Assembly: GCA_041937175.2 (NCBI GenBank)
Contig: CP166615.1
Coordinates: 2,784,001-2,848,000, forward strand
Direction: 5' to 3'
DNA length: 64,000 nt
Source of the DNA: Limnothrix sp. BL-A-16
Lineage (GTDB): Bacteria; Cyanobacteriota; Cyanobacteriia; CACIAM-69d
Part shown: positions 1 through 10,371 of the stretch, piece after piece
How the letters are laid out: each line of letters opens with the position of its first letter
Numbering within the stretch: position 1 is the stretch's first letter
Position numbers and translations under genes: made by a program
Notes under the pieces: generated by a model
What the model saw: only the letters and a program-made list of their open reading frames with translations
Database searches by the model: none
Told to the model about the DNA's origin: nothing

Positions 1-848
1 TATTGCAGGGCGAGGATGCCGCGTTCGGAACCAATGCTGGGGGGCGAGTAGTTGTCGGTGCTGATGCTGCCGCGCAAAGCTTTGGCTTCGGTGACTCGGA
101 CGGTGAGGACACTTTCGCCGGGGCCGTTGCCGGCTCGCAGGCTGGCCTCGATCGTCTCCAGCAGTGGATTGGCCTTCAGCAGCCGCAGTTGGTCTTCCAG
201 GTGGGCGGCGTTGAGGGGGCGACCGGCTCCCAGTTGAATGCGCGATCGCAGGTAATTTTGGCTGAGGCGCTGGGTTCCTTCAATCCGAATATCCGAGAGG
301 TAGCCTTCAATGACGGCGATTTTGGCAATCCCATCGGGGCCGATCGTCTGTTCAGGCACGTAGGCGCGGGAGGTGAGATAGCCCGCGTCCAAATAGCGCT
401 GGGTGATGCTGTCGGCCAGGGATTGCAGTTCGCTGAGGGTGAGTTCGCGGCCTTCGCTGGGTTGGGTCAGGGCGGCCAGTTCGGCGGCCGAAAGCCAGGT
501 GCTGCCTTCCACCACAATTCGCTTCACCAAAAAGCGGGGCGCATTGGGATCCACCGTTTGGGGTGGCGTGATCGGGTTGGGCGAGTCGATCGCGGGGCGA
601 TCGTCCGGCAGGGGTTGCAGCGGGTCTGGGCCCGTTTGGGGAAACCGATCGCGGTTGAGGTCAGGAACCGGGCGGGTGTCGGGAGGCAGTTGGGCCAGCC
701 GTTGGGGCCTTTGGGTGGCTTCCGGTTCGATCGCCCAACTCGGTGCGATCGGCCCCCACAGCCCCCCCGCCCACAGCAAGGATCCCAGGCCTTGGGCGAT
801 CGCGATTCGCCCTAATGCCATCTTCACGTTCGTCCGTTTCGTTGCCAT
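1..848 (-). CDS. ShlB/FhaC/HecB (TpsB) family outer-membrane secretion/activation protein, 5' part (runs off window start)
   Basis: Not in the ORF track; translated by hand on the minus strand: ...APRFLVKRIVVEGSTWLSAAELAALTQPSEGRELTLSELQSLADSITQRYLDAGYLTSRAYVPEQTI...IAVIEGYLSDIRIEG...TDNYSPPSIGSERG, a POTRA domain leading into the barrel. In-frame ATGs at 821, 848, 893 and 896; start uncertain. Confidence 0.85.
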   Translation of the reverse strand, partial: MATKRTNVKMALGRIAIAQGLGSLLWAGGLWGPIAPSWAIEPEATQRPQRLAQLPPDTRPVPDLNRDRFPQTGPDPLQPLPDDRPAIDSPNPITPPQTVDPNAPRFLVKRIVVEGSTWLSAAELAALTQPSEGRELTLSELQSLADSITQRYLDAGYLTSRAYVPEQTIGPDGIAKIAVIEGYLSDIRIEGTQRLSQNYLRSRIQLGAGRPLNAAHLEDQLRLLKANPLLETIEASLRAGNGPGESVLTVRVTEAKALRGSISTDNYSPPSIGSERGILALQ

Positions 849-1140
849 AACCCATGTCACCGTCTGCGCAAGTACTGTGCCGCCGTCAACCATCATCGCG
901 ATTTTGACATGCGGTTTAGTAATTGCCTAGCGATGGATCCTCACGGATCCTGCGTGATTCTAACTATTGACGACGATGAGCGCTTTTGTCGATTTTTGGG
1001 CATTTTTCGGCAATAGGAGGGATGATTTTCTCCAAATGATTGAATCGGTTTTGAAAATTCACCTGATCCACCAAATTGGCAAATTTAATTCATAAACCCA
1101 ATCATCTTGCCTTGGCTTTTGATATCCGTTAGATACTGGT

Positions 1141-2253
1141 TTATGGCGCTGAGAATGGTTCGACTTCGGCCCCAACTTCGGCTTCTTCCAGCACTTGCAA
1201 GCGAACGACCCGATCGCCCCCACCGGCCAGGGGAACGCTGACTTGCTCGCTGGACAGGGTTCCCAGGCAGCTAATCAGATTGCGGAGATGGGGGGTGCTG
1301 GCTCCGCTATCCACCCAGAGTCGATCGGCCAGATCGCGCACCCGTTTCCAACTGCTGTAGGTTTTGACGATCGCCTGCTCCAGTTGGGCCGCTTGGTTCA
1401 CCAAGTCCGCCGCCAAATTCAAGCTGCCGAGCCGCAGGGCTTCCTCCAGGGCCTGTTCTAGATCCAGTTCCGGGCGATCGAGTGCCGCAACTCGCGTGGC
1501 CGCATCCAAATATCGCGCCAGAAACTTGGCTTGGGCCGTGGCCTGTTTCACCGTTTCTTTGTCCGGTTGGTCTTCAATTTCCTCGCGCAGGGCCACCTGA
1601 TGCACTTCAGGGAGCTTTTCCATTTCCCGCACCAGGGGCGCAAGGTAGCGGGCCGGCAGGGAATGTTCGGCGGCTTTGATGCGAATGTTTTCGGGCAGCA
1701 GCTCGGAGGTGGCGGCCTGCCACTCATCGGTGAGGCGACGAACGGTGTTGGTGGCGATCCGATCGCCCTGGTGAGCCGCGGCCACCACCATGTGCTGCAC
1801 TTCGGCGGGGGCTTTGGCCGTGGCCACAAAGGCACGCTTGCTGAAGTGGCGAAGGGTTTCCGGTTCCAGCGCGTCTTGATCCATTAGCCGATCGGCGCTG
1901 TCGGCCAGCTCAATCAGGCTATAGGCTTGACTTTTGCTGATTTCACGATCCTTCAGCCAGTTCAGGAAGCCCGTGCCCCGGCCATCACCGCTGCGTTTTT
2001 CCCGATCGCGCACAATTCGCAAAATCCGTCCCCGCCAAATATCCGTTTGCAGGTCGAAGCGATCGCAAACACGCCAGGCATTGTCAATTTGGATTTGAAA
2101 ATCGCTGAAGCTGATTTTGTCGTCTTCCGGATCCGGCAACTGCAAACTCAGATCTGTGGGTGACTCCAAATCCTCGGTGGTTAAGGGTGGGCGGGCCACC
2201 GGCTCGATCGCGTCGGGGGCCAAGTCGGCGGGCATTGCATCGGGATAGTCCAT
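1141..2253 (-). CDS. Conserved cyanobacterial hypothetical protein (helical)
   Basis: Long ORF (track 1141..2355). ATG at 2253 avoids overlap with cofH. Segment GFLNWLKDREISKSQAYSLIELA looks HTH-like. Confidence 0.7.
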   Translation of the reverse strand: MDYPDAMPADLAPDAIEPVARPPLTTEDLESPTDLSLQLPDPEDDKISFSDFQIQIDNAWRVCDRFDLQTDIWRGRILRIVRDREKRSGDGRGTGFLNWLKDREISKSQAYSLIELADSADRLMDQDALEPETLRHFSKRAFVATAKAPAEVQHMVVAAAHQGDRIATNTVRRLTDEWQAATSELLPENIRIKAAEHSLPARYLAPLVREMEKLPEVHQVALREEIEDQPDKETVKQATAQAKFLARYLDAATRVAALDRPELDLEQALEEALRLGSLNLAADLVNQAAQLEQAIVKTYSSWKRVRDLADRLWVDSGASTPHLRNLISCLGTLSSEQVSVPLAGGGDRVVRLQVLEEAEVGAEVEPFSAP

Positions 2254-2284
2254 GGGGGTGCGGGCGATCGCAACAGCCGGATCA

Positions 2285-3574
2285 TTATGCGGCCGATCGG
2301 GAAGGATCGATCGCCCCGTCGATGGCGGGATCGGTTGCCCCGTTGATTGGGCCATTGATTGGGCTACTTGGGCTACTGATTGGGCCGTCGATCACTTCAT
2401 AGAGGGTGTCCCGCTGGCGAGCCGGTCGGCCCAAGGCGGCGATCGCCCCGCGCAAATCCTCCGGGCTTTGGCAAGTCCCGCCCGTGGCTCCGGCCATGGT
2501 GGTGATGTGCTCTTCCATCAGGGTTCCGCCCAAATCATTGCAACCCCAACGCAAGGCTTCGGTGGCTCCCGCCAGACCCAACTTCACCCAACTGGGCTGG
2601 TGGTTGGCAATCACCGGGCCTAGGTACAACCGCGCCACGGCCATCAAGATGAGGGCATCGATCAGGACTGGCTGATCGCGGCCCACCCGTCGCCGCAAGG
2701 CCGGTGGTGCATCTTGGCCCACGAAGGGCAGCAGAATGAACTCCGTGATCCCCCGATCGCCCCGATCGCGCGATCGGTGCTGGAGCGATCGCAGGTGTTC
2801 CAAATGGGCGATTTGTTCAGCGGGGGTTTCAATGTGACCCGAGAGCAGGGTGCTGGTGGTGGGCAATCCCAGGCGATGGGCCGTTTCCACAATCTCCAAC
2901 CAGGTGGCACTGTTGATTTTTTCTGGGCACAAAATCCGCCGCACCGAATCCACCAACACTTCCGCCGCCGTGCCGGGCATTGACCCCACCCCCGCGTCTC
3001 GCAGGGCCCCAATCACAGCCGCCAAGGACAGCCCATCTTCCCGGGCAATAAATTGCACTTCTTGGGGCGAAAAGGCGTGCAGATGCAGTTGGGGAAAGGT
3101 GTCTTTAATCGATCGCACCAGTTGCAAGTAGTAATCCAGCGATCGCCCTTGATGTTTTGCTTCGGGGTTCAATCCCCCTTGCATACAAATTTCCGTGGCT
3201 CCCCGGGCCACCGCGTCGGCGGCTTTTTCCAAAATTTGCGCCCGATCGAGCCAATAGGCCCCCGCCTGATCCGCATCCCGCCGAAACGCACAGAAATTGC
3301 AATGCTGCTCGCAAATATTGGTGAAATTAATATTGCGGTTGATCACGTAAGTGACCGTTTCGCCGGCCTGTTGCTGCCGAAGCTGATCCGCCACCGATCG
3401 CAGCCGATCGCGCGGGGCCGAATCCTTGGATTGATAGGCCGTTTCCAGCAACGCCAACCCTTCAGAGGGCGACAGCAACGCACCAGCCAAAGCCCGTTCC
3501 AGGGCCTGATCAAATGCTGCCAACTGGGCGGGAGATGGGGCGATCGAAGCCATCATAGGGGAAGCCAAACGCAA
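2285..3574 (-). CDS. cofH: FO synthase subunit CofH (radical SAM)
   Basis: [19 protein letters not shown] (CxxxCxxC), [37 protein letters not shown]. Confidence 0.85.
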   Translation of the reverse strand: MRLASPMMASIAPSPAQLAAFDQALERALAGALLSPSEGLALLETAYQSKDSAPRDRLRSVADQLRQQQAGETVTYVINRNINFTNICEQHCNFCAFRRDADQAGAYWLDRAQILEKAADAVARGATEICMQGGLNPEAKHQGRSLDYYLQLVRSIKDTFPQLHLHAFSPQEVQFIAREDGLSLAAVIGALRDAGVGSMPGTAAEVLVDSVRRILCPEKINSATWLEIVETAHRLGLPTTSTLLSGHIETPAEQIAHLEHLRSLQHRSRDRGDRGITEFILLPFVGQDAPPALRRRVGRDQPVLIDALILMAVARLYLGPVIANHQPSWVKLGLAGATEALRWGCNDLGGTLMEEHITTMAGATGGTCQSPEDLRGAIAALGRPARQRDTLYEVIDGPISSPSSPINGPINGATDPAIDGAIDPSRSAA

Positions 3575-3738
3575 TGATGGCCAGTTTAAGGGCTAATCAA
3601 CGGATGGCTAAAGATGGCTAATGACCAGGCGATCGCCCAGGGCCAGAGCAGCGCAACCGCTCCACCATCCCGGATTCGCCCAAGACTGCACCCAAAATTT
3701 TGCCCCCAGGATCAGCCCATCGGACAGCCTTGAACCTA

Positions 3739-4089
3739 GGGCCGGTCATCATTTCCTGGAATCCAGTGAAAATGGTTGATCTTCCATACCCTAACCACCC
3801 TAAACAAGGGGCTTAAGCCCCTTGTCCCTCCACGATCTCGGCACGGTGGAATCAGAGTTTCAGGCAATTTGGCGACAAGCCCTAAGCCCCTTGTCCCTCC
3901 ACGATCTCGGCACGGTGGAATCAGGGTTTCAGGCAATTTGGCGACAAGCCCTAAGCCCCTTGTCCCTCCACGATCTCGGCACGGTGGAATCAGGGTTTCA
4001 GGCAATTTGGCGACAAGCCCTAAGCCCCTTGCCCCTCCACGATCTCGGCACGGTGGAATCAGAGTTTCAGGCAATTTGGCGACAAGCCC
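3739..4089. mobile_element. MITE-like element family A with its right half tandemly amplified 4x
   Basis: Ends GGGCCGGTCATCA...TGGCGACAAGCCC flanked by TA on both sides; central palindrome at 3805-3824; homologous to 13782-14169, 23436-23577 and 35323-35467. Confidence 0.8.
3814..4089. repeat. Tandem repeat, 4 x 69 bp
   Basis: Unit TAAGCCCCTTGTCCCTCCACGATCTCGGCACGGTGGAATCAG(A/G)GTTTCAGGCAATTTGGCGACAAGCCC, near-identical copies, no spacers. Confidence 0.95.
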
Positions 4090-5243
4090 TAGCGCGTGGC
4101 TTCCGGCGGAGCAATGAAAGAATCCAGGGTTTCGGCCTCCGTGGCGGGAGCCGCTTGGGGCTGGTCGGATTTGGTGGGCGGAGACACCACCGCTTCCCGA
4201 TCGAGAATCACCGGCTTGAGCGGTTGCGAACTGGCACCAGGAGCCGAATGGGAAACCCAAGCCAACCCACTGGCCACCATCACCCCGTAGCCCGCGTAGA
4301 GATGCCAAGGCTTCAGTTCCAAAGCAGGGTTGGTGCTGCGATCGCGCTGCGACCAATCGGGAACCACCGCCACCGATTCCGTTCGGGGCAACGCGGCCGC
4401 CAATGCCTTGCCATCCAGGCCCAATGCTTCCGCCATGCGCTGCACAAAACCCCGTACATAAATCTGCTCCGGTAAGCGGCTCAGGTCGCCGGACTCGATC
4501 GCCTGTAAATGGCGCAAAGGAATATGGGTGCGCACATGGATTTGCTCCAAGTTGAAGCCCAACTGTTGCCGAACCTCGGCCAAGGTGCGACCCATGGCCC
4601 GCAAACTCTCATCCCAATCCATGGGATCCATCTCCGGTAGGGTAATGGTGACGACCGATCGGGGACTGCTCAGGGGATTGCTCAGAGGCTTGGGTGCTAC
4701 ATCGTTGAACTGTGAATGATTCAGGGCTGAATTGTTCAAACCTGAATCACTCAGCCCTGAGCCGTTTCGCTCTGTTTTCCGGGGTGCTTTTCCCTGGGGC
4801 ATGGCATCAATGATCGGCTGCTGGGTAGCGGTGTTCTGGTAATCCGGCTTGGCCCAAGTTCCTTCAAACACGTTCATCAACAACTCAGGCAAATCAAAAG
4901 GGTTGTCAGTGGGGGCCGGCACCATGGTGGGATCCGGCCAAAGACCAATCGCCCCAGCCTGTTGGCGGGCGATCGCTAAACCGGCGGCCGGAGTCATTGG
5001 CTCTTGCAGGGCGATCGGCATGGCCATCGACTGGCCGCAGTGCAACGCAAGCCGCGCCGCCTCCCGTCCCACCATCACCAAGACCCGACGAGCCGCCTCC
5101 GCCGATTCACCCAACAAATCCTGCAAGGAGGCGATCGCCTGCTGATAAACCAAACTGCGCGTTAGTTCCGCTTCAATTTGCCCCAACAAAACATCCGTTG
5201 GTTGGGTATCTGGTAACCCTGGCGGTGTGGCTTGAGCAAGCAT
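4089..5243 (-). CDS. Helix-turn-helix protein, RodZ-like (HTH_25) with C-terminal hydrophobic segment
   Basis: GRTLAEVRQQLGFNLEQIHVRTHIPLRHLQAIESGDLSRLPEQIYVRGFVQRMAEALGLD followed by WHLYAGYGVMVASGLAWV; AGGAGG ribosome-binding site upstream. Confidence 0.8.
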   Translation of the reverse strand: MLAQATPPGLPDTQPTDVLLGQIEAELTRSLVYQQAIASLQDLLGESAEAARRVLVMVGREAARLALHCGQSMAMPIALQEPMTPAAGLAIARQQAGAIGLWPDPTMVPAPTDNPFDLPELLMNVFEGTWAKPDYQNTATQQPIIDAMPQGKAPRKTERNGSGLSDSGLNNSALNHSQFNDVAPKPLSNPLSSPRSVVTITLPEMDPMDWDESLRAMGRTLAEVRQQLGFNLEQIHVRTHIPLRHLQAIESGDLSRLPEQIYVRGFVQRMAEALGLDGKALAAALPRTESVAVVPDWSQRDRSTNPALELKPWHLYAGYGVMVASGLAWVSHSAPGASSQPLKPVILDREAVVSPPTKSDQPQAAPATEAETLDSFIAPPEATR

Positions 5244-5593
5244 GAAATCCCCTCCTGGCTGGCTGATCTACTGCTTCCAGTCGGTGGGGCCAGTTTCAGG
5301 AGAATTTCCAGGCGAGCGCGTTAAATAACGGCAATTGCGAACGGAATTCGTCAAGACTGATGTAGCAACTGCTACTGTTTTTCCGCATCCTTGCGCCGCT
5401 GTGATGCTTCAAACTGCCGAAACGGCCGTCAGCGGATGGGGGAAAGTCAACCGGATCGGGGTTATGCAACGGTTGCCGATATATCGCAAGCTGGCCGATC
5501 GATTCGCAATAGTGGCCTGCGGATCTTGTGTTTCGAGTTTGTTTTTTCGAGTTTGTCTTTTTGAGCTTGTCTTGATTGCTCAGGCTGCCATTC

Positions 5594-6460
5594 TTAGGTT
5601 GTGCCCCGAAACAGACCTTGCGGCCGCACCAGCAACACCAAAACCATCATCACCAGGGCCACAGCCATCTTGTATTCCGTGGGCAGCCAATAGGTGCTGA
5701 CTTCCTGGGCAATCCCGATCGCCAGGCCACCCACGATCGCCCCGTAGGGATTGCCAATGCCGCCCAAAATCACCGAGGCAAACATCGGCACAATCAAAAA
5801 CCAACCCATATTGGGGCGCACGGCCGTTAGTAGCCCATACATACCGCCACCCAAAGCCGTCAGACCAGCGGCAATGATCCAAGTCCACAGCACCACCCAA
5901 TCCACGTTGATGCCGGTCACCCGCGCCAAGTCCACGTCATCGGCCACGGCCCGCATGGCCTTGCCGACCTTGGTGTTTTGCAGGAGGTAATGCAACCCGG
6001 CGATCGCCAGGGCCGCCAAACCCACCACCACAATGTTGTAAAACTTGACCTTCAGCCCCCACAGGTCAAAGGCTGCGGCCACAGGTAGGTCATAGTTTTG
6101 GTTGTTGCCGCCCCAAATCAGGACGATCGCGTTACGGAGGAACAAGGCCACCCCGATCGAAATGATGATCAAGGTGGTGGAGTTGGCGCGGCGTTGGCGC
6201 ATGGGTTGCCAAATCGCCACTTCGCTCAGCAGGGACACGCCAATGGTGCCCACGGCTCCGAGGGCGATCGCTAGCCAAATATTCACCCCCGCGCTGTTGG
6301 CAACCCAAGCCAAGTAGGCTCCGAGGGTCATCAAGTCCCCATGGGCGAAGTTTGACAAGCGCAAAATGCCGTAGGTGAGGGTTAAACCCACGGAGGCAAG
6401 GGCGATGATGCAGCCGACGGCGACCCCGTTAATTAGAAACTGAACCAGTTGCAGATCCAT
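5594..6460 (-). CDS. natD: Branched-chain/neutral amino acid ABC transporter permease (LivH/NatD)
   Basis: NGVAVGCIIALASVGLTLTYGILRLSNFAHGD, GKAMRAVADDVDLARVTGINV, ILGGIGNPYGA. Confidence 0.9.
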   Translation of the reverse strand: MDLQLVQFLINGVAVGCIIALASVGLTLTYGILRLSNFAHGDLMTLGAYLAWVANSAGVNIWLAIALGAVGTIGVSLLSEVAIWQPMRQRRANSTTLIIISIGVALFLRNAIVLIWGGNNQNYDLPVAAAFDLWGLKVKFYNIVVVGLAALAIAGLHYLLQNTKVGKAMRAVADDVDLARVTGINVDWVVLWTWIIAAGLTALGGGMYGLLTAVRPNMGWFLIVPMFASVILGGIGNPYGAIVGGLAIGIAQEVSTYWLPTEYKMAVALVMMVLVLLVRPQGLFRGTT

Positions 6461-6614
6461 GAGCGATCGAGGGCGATAATGCTAGGCTGGGCGACGGTTG
6501 CCAGTGTACCGCTTGGCCAAGCGTCTGGAAATTGGCTTGCGCCCCGGCCGCGCTCTTGGAGCGTGCTTGTTCAATGTGGTTTCAAGGCAATTTCAACGTC
6601 ATTTTCAAGAGTCT

Positions 6615-6809
6615 ATGACACTGCAATTTACGGTTCCGAGCATGGCCTGTGCTTCCTGTGCGGCGGCCATTACCCGCGCGGTGCAGGAGGTGGATCCCCA
6701 AGCGACGGTGCAGGGCGATCCGGCCACCAAGCAGGTGATTGTGGAAACCCAGTCGGCGGAAGGAACGATTCGCGAGGCGATCGAGGCGGCGGGCTTTCCC
6801 GTGGGCTAA
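6615..6809 (+). CDS. atx1: Copper metallochaperone, HMA domain (Atx1/CopZ)
   Basis: 64 aa MTLQFTVPSMACASCAAAITRAV...; MxCxxC motif. Confidence 0.85.
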   Translation: MTLQFTVPSMACASCAAAITRAVQEVDPQATVQGDPATKQVIVETQSAEGTIREAIEAAGFPVG

Positions 6810-6912
6810 TCAACGGCCCATCGTTGACGGGGGCGGCGATCGGGATCGATCGATGGGCAATCAGTATTGATCGATGTGCAATCAGTGGACTGGCGATCGG
6901 TAATTTGCAGTC

Positions 6913-8991
6913 ATGGCAGGAATTGGGGTGACAACGGTGCAAAGCAAGCAAGCACAAGGTCGATCGAGCCGGTGTGGCTACGGGCGATCGGGTCAGCAAT
7001 CCAACCAAACTGGCCTTGGCCGCTGGTGGCTGGGGGTGGGTGGGGCGATCGTCCTGGGGTGGGGGGCAATGCCTGGCCTGGCCCAAACGGCTCCCCAACC
7101 CCGGATGCAAGCCGCTAGCCTGAAGTCTGTTGCCCCGATCGCCTTACCCAGTGCAGCATCTGGGCCCATGGATTCTGAATCCACCAATTCAGAATTAGCC
7201 GCTGAATTAGCAAAAGAGTCTGGAAAATCAGCAAATTTTGGATCGATGGGTTCTGTGTCAAACGGTTCTGTGTCAAACGGTTCTGAATTCACCGGTTCCG
7301 AGTCCTTGAGCGAGGCCGATTCCCTGTTGCCGCTGTCGGTAATTGCCCAAGTGGCGGCCGGGGCGGAAACCAGCACCCAAATCACGGTGAATGGTCGATC
7401 GATTCCCAACAGTTGGGCCAGTTGGGCCCGCTGGAGCGAAAACGGCCAAACCCGCATTGGCCTATCCGACGGGGCGATCGCCCAGTTGGTGGGAGCTGAC
7501 TTGCTGGATACCAATGCGCCCGATCGCCAGCCAATTCAATGGTTTTCGCCCATGCCTGTGACCTTGGCGGCTCGGCAGGTGGGTGCTTTTCGCTATTTGG
7601 ATATCACCGATTGGGCCCGCGATCGGGGATGGCAGTTGCGGCCCAACGGCAGCACCCTGGACATCACCGCCGCCGTTTCCACCCTCCGAGCCTTGCGCCA
7701 AGGCAATCAGGCTTGGGGCCCGCGCTATGTGCTGGACTTCGATCGGCCCACGGCGGTGCAACTGGAAGAAGACGGCAGCACCCTGATCGTGGCCCTCGAT
7801 GCCCGATCGGCCCTGCCGCCCAACAGCAGCACCCTCGACATCACCGCCGCCGGGAACCGCACCATCGTTCGCATTCCCATCCCCAGCGGATCGCGGCCCA
7901 GGGCGTTCACTCTGGTGCAGCCCGATCGCCTGGTGATTGATCTGCGGCCCGATTGGCTCCCCAGCCGTTCGATCGCCTGGGCCAATGGCCTCACCTGGCG
8001 GCAGCAATACCTGAGCCTTGGGTCTGCTCGGTTTCCGGTGCAGTGGCTGGAGCTGAACCCGCGCCAACCGGGCCTGCGGTTGCGGCCCCTGCCGCCCAAT
8101 GCGGCCGGCCAAACGGGTATTGCCCCCCTTGTGCAAACCATCCGCCAGTGGGAAGCGCCCGCCGGCATCAATGGCGGTTACTTCAACCGCAACACCCAAC
8201 TGCCCTTGGGGGCCCTGCGGCGCGATGGCCGGTGGCTGTCGGGCCCCATTTTGGGTCGTGGGGCCGTGGGCTGGAATGATGCGGGACAGTTCTTGTTCGA
8301 TCGCCTGCAACTGCGCGAGCAAATCAGCGCTGGCAGCCAAAATTGGACGCTCACCACCCTCAACAGTGGCTACATTCAAGGGGGCATCGCTCGCTACACC
8401 AGCGATTGGGGCAGCAGCTACAAAACCCTCAGCGATGGGGAATTGGGCATTTTGGTGCAGGGCGATCGGGTGGCGCAACAGCTCACGGGGGGCCCGGCCG
8501 GCAGCAGCAATTTTCCGATTCCGGCCAATGGCTATCTGTTGGTGGCGCGATCGCTCTCCAGCGTGGCGGCGGCCCTGCCCGTGGGAACCACCCTGCGGTT
8601 GCAAAGTAGCAGCACCCCCAGCGGCTTTGACGGCCTACCCCAGATCATTGCCGCTGGCCCCCTGATGCTGCAAAACGGGCAAATTGTCTTGGATGCCAAG
8701 CGCGAAGGCTTCAGCGATGCCTTCATTGTGGAGTTGGCGGCGCGCAGTGGCTTTGGGCAAACGGCCGATGGTCGGTTGTTGGTGGTGGCTGTGCAAAATC
8801 GCGTGGGCGGTCGCGGCCCGTCGCTCTCGGAAATGGCGCAATTGATGCGGCAAATGGGGATTGTGAACGGGGTGAATCTTGATGGCGGCAGTTCTACCAC
8901 GTTGGTGGTGGGTGGGCGAATTGTCGATCGCCCATCCCGCAGTGCGGCCCGAGTCCATGGTGCGCTGGGCATTTTTCTCAACAGTCCCTAG
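6913..8991 (+). CDS. Secreted phosphodiester glycosidase family protein (NAGPA/DUF2233)
   Basis: Signal-like N-terminus; GINGGYF, IIAAGPLML, ARSGFG, GVNLDGGSSTTL motifs. Confidence 0.85.
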   Translation: MAGIGVTTVQSKQAQGRSSRCGYGRSGQQSNQTGLGRWWLGVGGAIVLGWGAMPGLAQTAPQPRMQAASLKSVAPIALPSAASGPMDSESTNSELAAELAKESGKSANFGSMGSVSNGSVSNGSEFTGSESLSEADSLLPLSVIAQVAAGAETSTQITVNGRSIPNSWASWARWSENGQTRIGLSDGAIAQLVGADLLDTNAPDRQPIQWFSPMPVTLAARQVGAFRYLDITDWARDRGWQLRPNGSTLDITAAVSTLRALRQGNQAWGPRYVLDFDRPTAVQLEEDGSTLIVALDARSALPPNSSTLDITAAGNRTIVRIPIPSGSRPRAFTLVQPDRLVIDLRPDWLPSRSIAWANGLTWRQQYLSLGSARFPVQWLELNPRQPGLRLRPLPPNAAGQTGIAPLVQTIRQWEAPAGINGGYFNRNTQLPLGALRRDGRWLSGPILGRGAVGWNDAGQFLFDRLQLREQISAGSQNWTLTTLNSGYIQGGIARYTSDWGSSYKTLSDGELGILVQGDRVAQQLTGGPAGSSNFPIPANGYLLVARSLSSVAAALPVGTTLRLQSSSTPSGFDGLPQIIAAGPLMLQNGQIVLDAKREGFSDAFIVELAARSGFGQTADGRLLVVAVQNRVGGRGPSLSEMAQLMRQMGIVNGVNLDGGSSTTLVVGGRIVDRPSRSAARVHGALGIFLNSP

Positions 8992-9121
8992 AGGATGTCT
9001 GAAAAGCCAAAATTGCTACTCTGTCCGCTCCAGTGATCGACGTAGACAAGGGGCTTGAGCATCTTGCCCCCACAACTATTGGTGTTTGGCACAGGCCAAA
9101 AGATACTTTTCAAACATCCTC
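8991..9121. mobile_element. MITE-like element family B (131 bp)
   Basis: TIRs GAGGATGTCTGAAAAG / CTTTTCAAACATCCTC; 3-bp direct repeat CTA on both sides; homologous to 40193-40319. Confidence 0.85.
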
Positions 9122-9144
9122 CTAGGCGATCGGTGTTTTCGCCC

Positions 9145-10371
9145 CTAGGGATCGGTTTCCCCGATCGCCTCCAAAACCGCCTTGGGAGCCAACCGATCCT
9201 TAAACCAAATCACCTTGGCCGGCAATTGACGTGCATCGAGACCCGCCTTTTCTAGGTTTAAGCGTTCGGAAATGGCCAAAACCCAATCGGGGCGATCGGC
9301 CTTGATCACCTGCGCGAACTTTTTGCGCAGATAGTCCGGTCGCCAATAGCCAACAATTTCTAAGATCCACGATCGCCCGTCGGGATGCACCAACCGAAAA
9401 TCCGGAATGGCCACGCTGCCAGGGATGGGAATCAGGTTCACTTCGCGTTCCAGTTTCCAATCGGTTTTGGTGCTTTCCCAGCGCTTGGCAAAAGATTCTT
9501 CAATCAAGCTGTCAAAGGGTTTACCGGCTGGATAGTGACTGACCAGTCCACAATCCGCCGTCAGTTCATAGAACCGTTCTTGGGGCGATCGGGTGAGGGG
9601 ATCGGGATCCTGCAAGGTGGCCATTGCTCGCCATTTCGTCACATGCAACAGGGCAGGGATCGCCTTTGCCAGCGATAAACCATAGCGTGTACTGGCTTTG
9701 AACAAGCTGGCGGGCCCATCCACACTAATCGTAAATCCCGTATCTTCATCGCCTTCAATATAGGTCATTAATTGAAAGAGTTTTAAATAGCGAAAGAGCA
9801 ATTTATACTCGCCGGGATCATTGCGATAGGCATCAATTTTTAGGTGGCTGGCGCGATAGAAAATTCCCTGAACTTGGGACAGATTATAGCGATGGATCAG
9901 GGCTTCGGGGGTGGGAGGATCAAATTGCGTCAAAATTCGATTTTGGGGCAAATCAGCATATAAAGATTGCTGCAATTCCGAGGGCAAAACTTCCCGATCG
10001 CCCTCCGTGGACAACTCCCGGGCTACCTGTTCCCAAATGGCCAAAGCGCGATCGCGGCTGGGTGGCTGAGCATTGGCCAAGGCAAAAACCCGCTGGCGGA
10101 GGGCCAACGGTTCGATCGGGCTGACCACTTCAAAAGTCGAAAATCCCGACTCCAATAAATGGGCAAATCCCCGCTGCACCTTGAAATCGGGGCTAGTACC
10201 TTCTAACTCAGCCAAGGCGCGATCGAGTTGCAATTTGGGCTGACCCACGGCCGCTTGAAATTGGGCGATTGTGGCCTGGGCTTGGCTGAGAGACTCGGGG
10301 CCCACAGGCAAGCGCTTCGGGATAATTTGTTCGCCGCGTCTTCGATGAATTAATAGCTCCGATGGCAGCAT
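9145..10371 (-). CDS. DUF790 family predicted endonuclease (Bax1-like)
   Basis: MLPSELL N-terminus, LYADL, LIHRYNLSQVQG, VDGPASLFKASTRYG, FDSLIEESFA, IPDF...LEIVGYWRPDYLRKK (PD-(D/E)xK-like core). Confidence 0.85.
   Translation of the reverse strand: MLPSELLIHRRRGEQIIPKRLPVGPESLSQAQATIAQFQAAVGQPKLQLDRALAELEGTSPDFKVQRGFAHLLESGFSTFEVVSPIEPLALRQRVFALANAQPPSRDRALAIWEQVARELSTEGDREVLPSELQQSLYADLPQNRILTQFDPPTPEALIHRYNLSQVQGIFYRASHLKIDAYRNDPGEYKLLFRYLKLFQLMTYIEGDEDTGFTISVDGPASLFKASTRYGLSLAKAIPALLHVTKWRAMATLQDPDPLTRSPQERFYELTADCGLVSHYPAGKPFDSLIEESFAKRWESTKTDWKLEREVNLIPIPGSVAIPDFRLVHPDGRSWILEIVGYWRPDYLRKKFAQVIKADRPDWVLAISERLNLEKAGLDARQLPAKVIWFKDRLAPKAVLEAIGETDP

Noticed and set aside
3..815. 270-aa plus-strand ORF
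   Set aside because: Antisense shadow of the TpsB gene read on the minus strand.
3805..4089. Possible CRISPR array
   Set aside because: Units are near-identical over their whole 69 bp with no unique spacers, there are no cas genes, and the unit is half of a dispersed MITE.
3736..4475. ORFs with 23-aa repeats (3736..4356, 3776..4117, 3822..4475)
   Set aside because: By-products of a 69-bp (multiple of 3) DNA repeat; they overlap the RodZ-like gene.
6615..6809. Phe at position 61 of Atx1 where the Synechocystis protein has His
   Set aside because: An aromatic residue here is common in CopZ-family chaperones; not notable.
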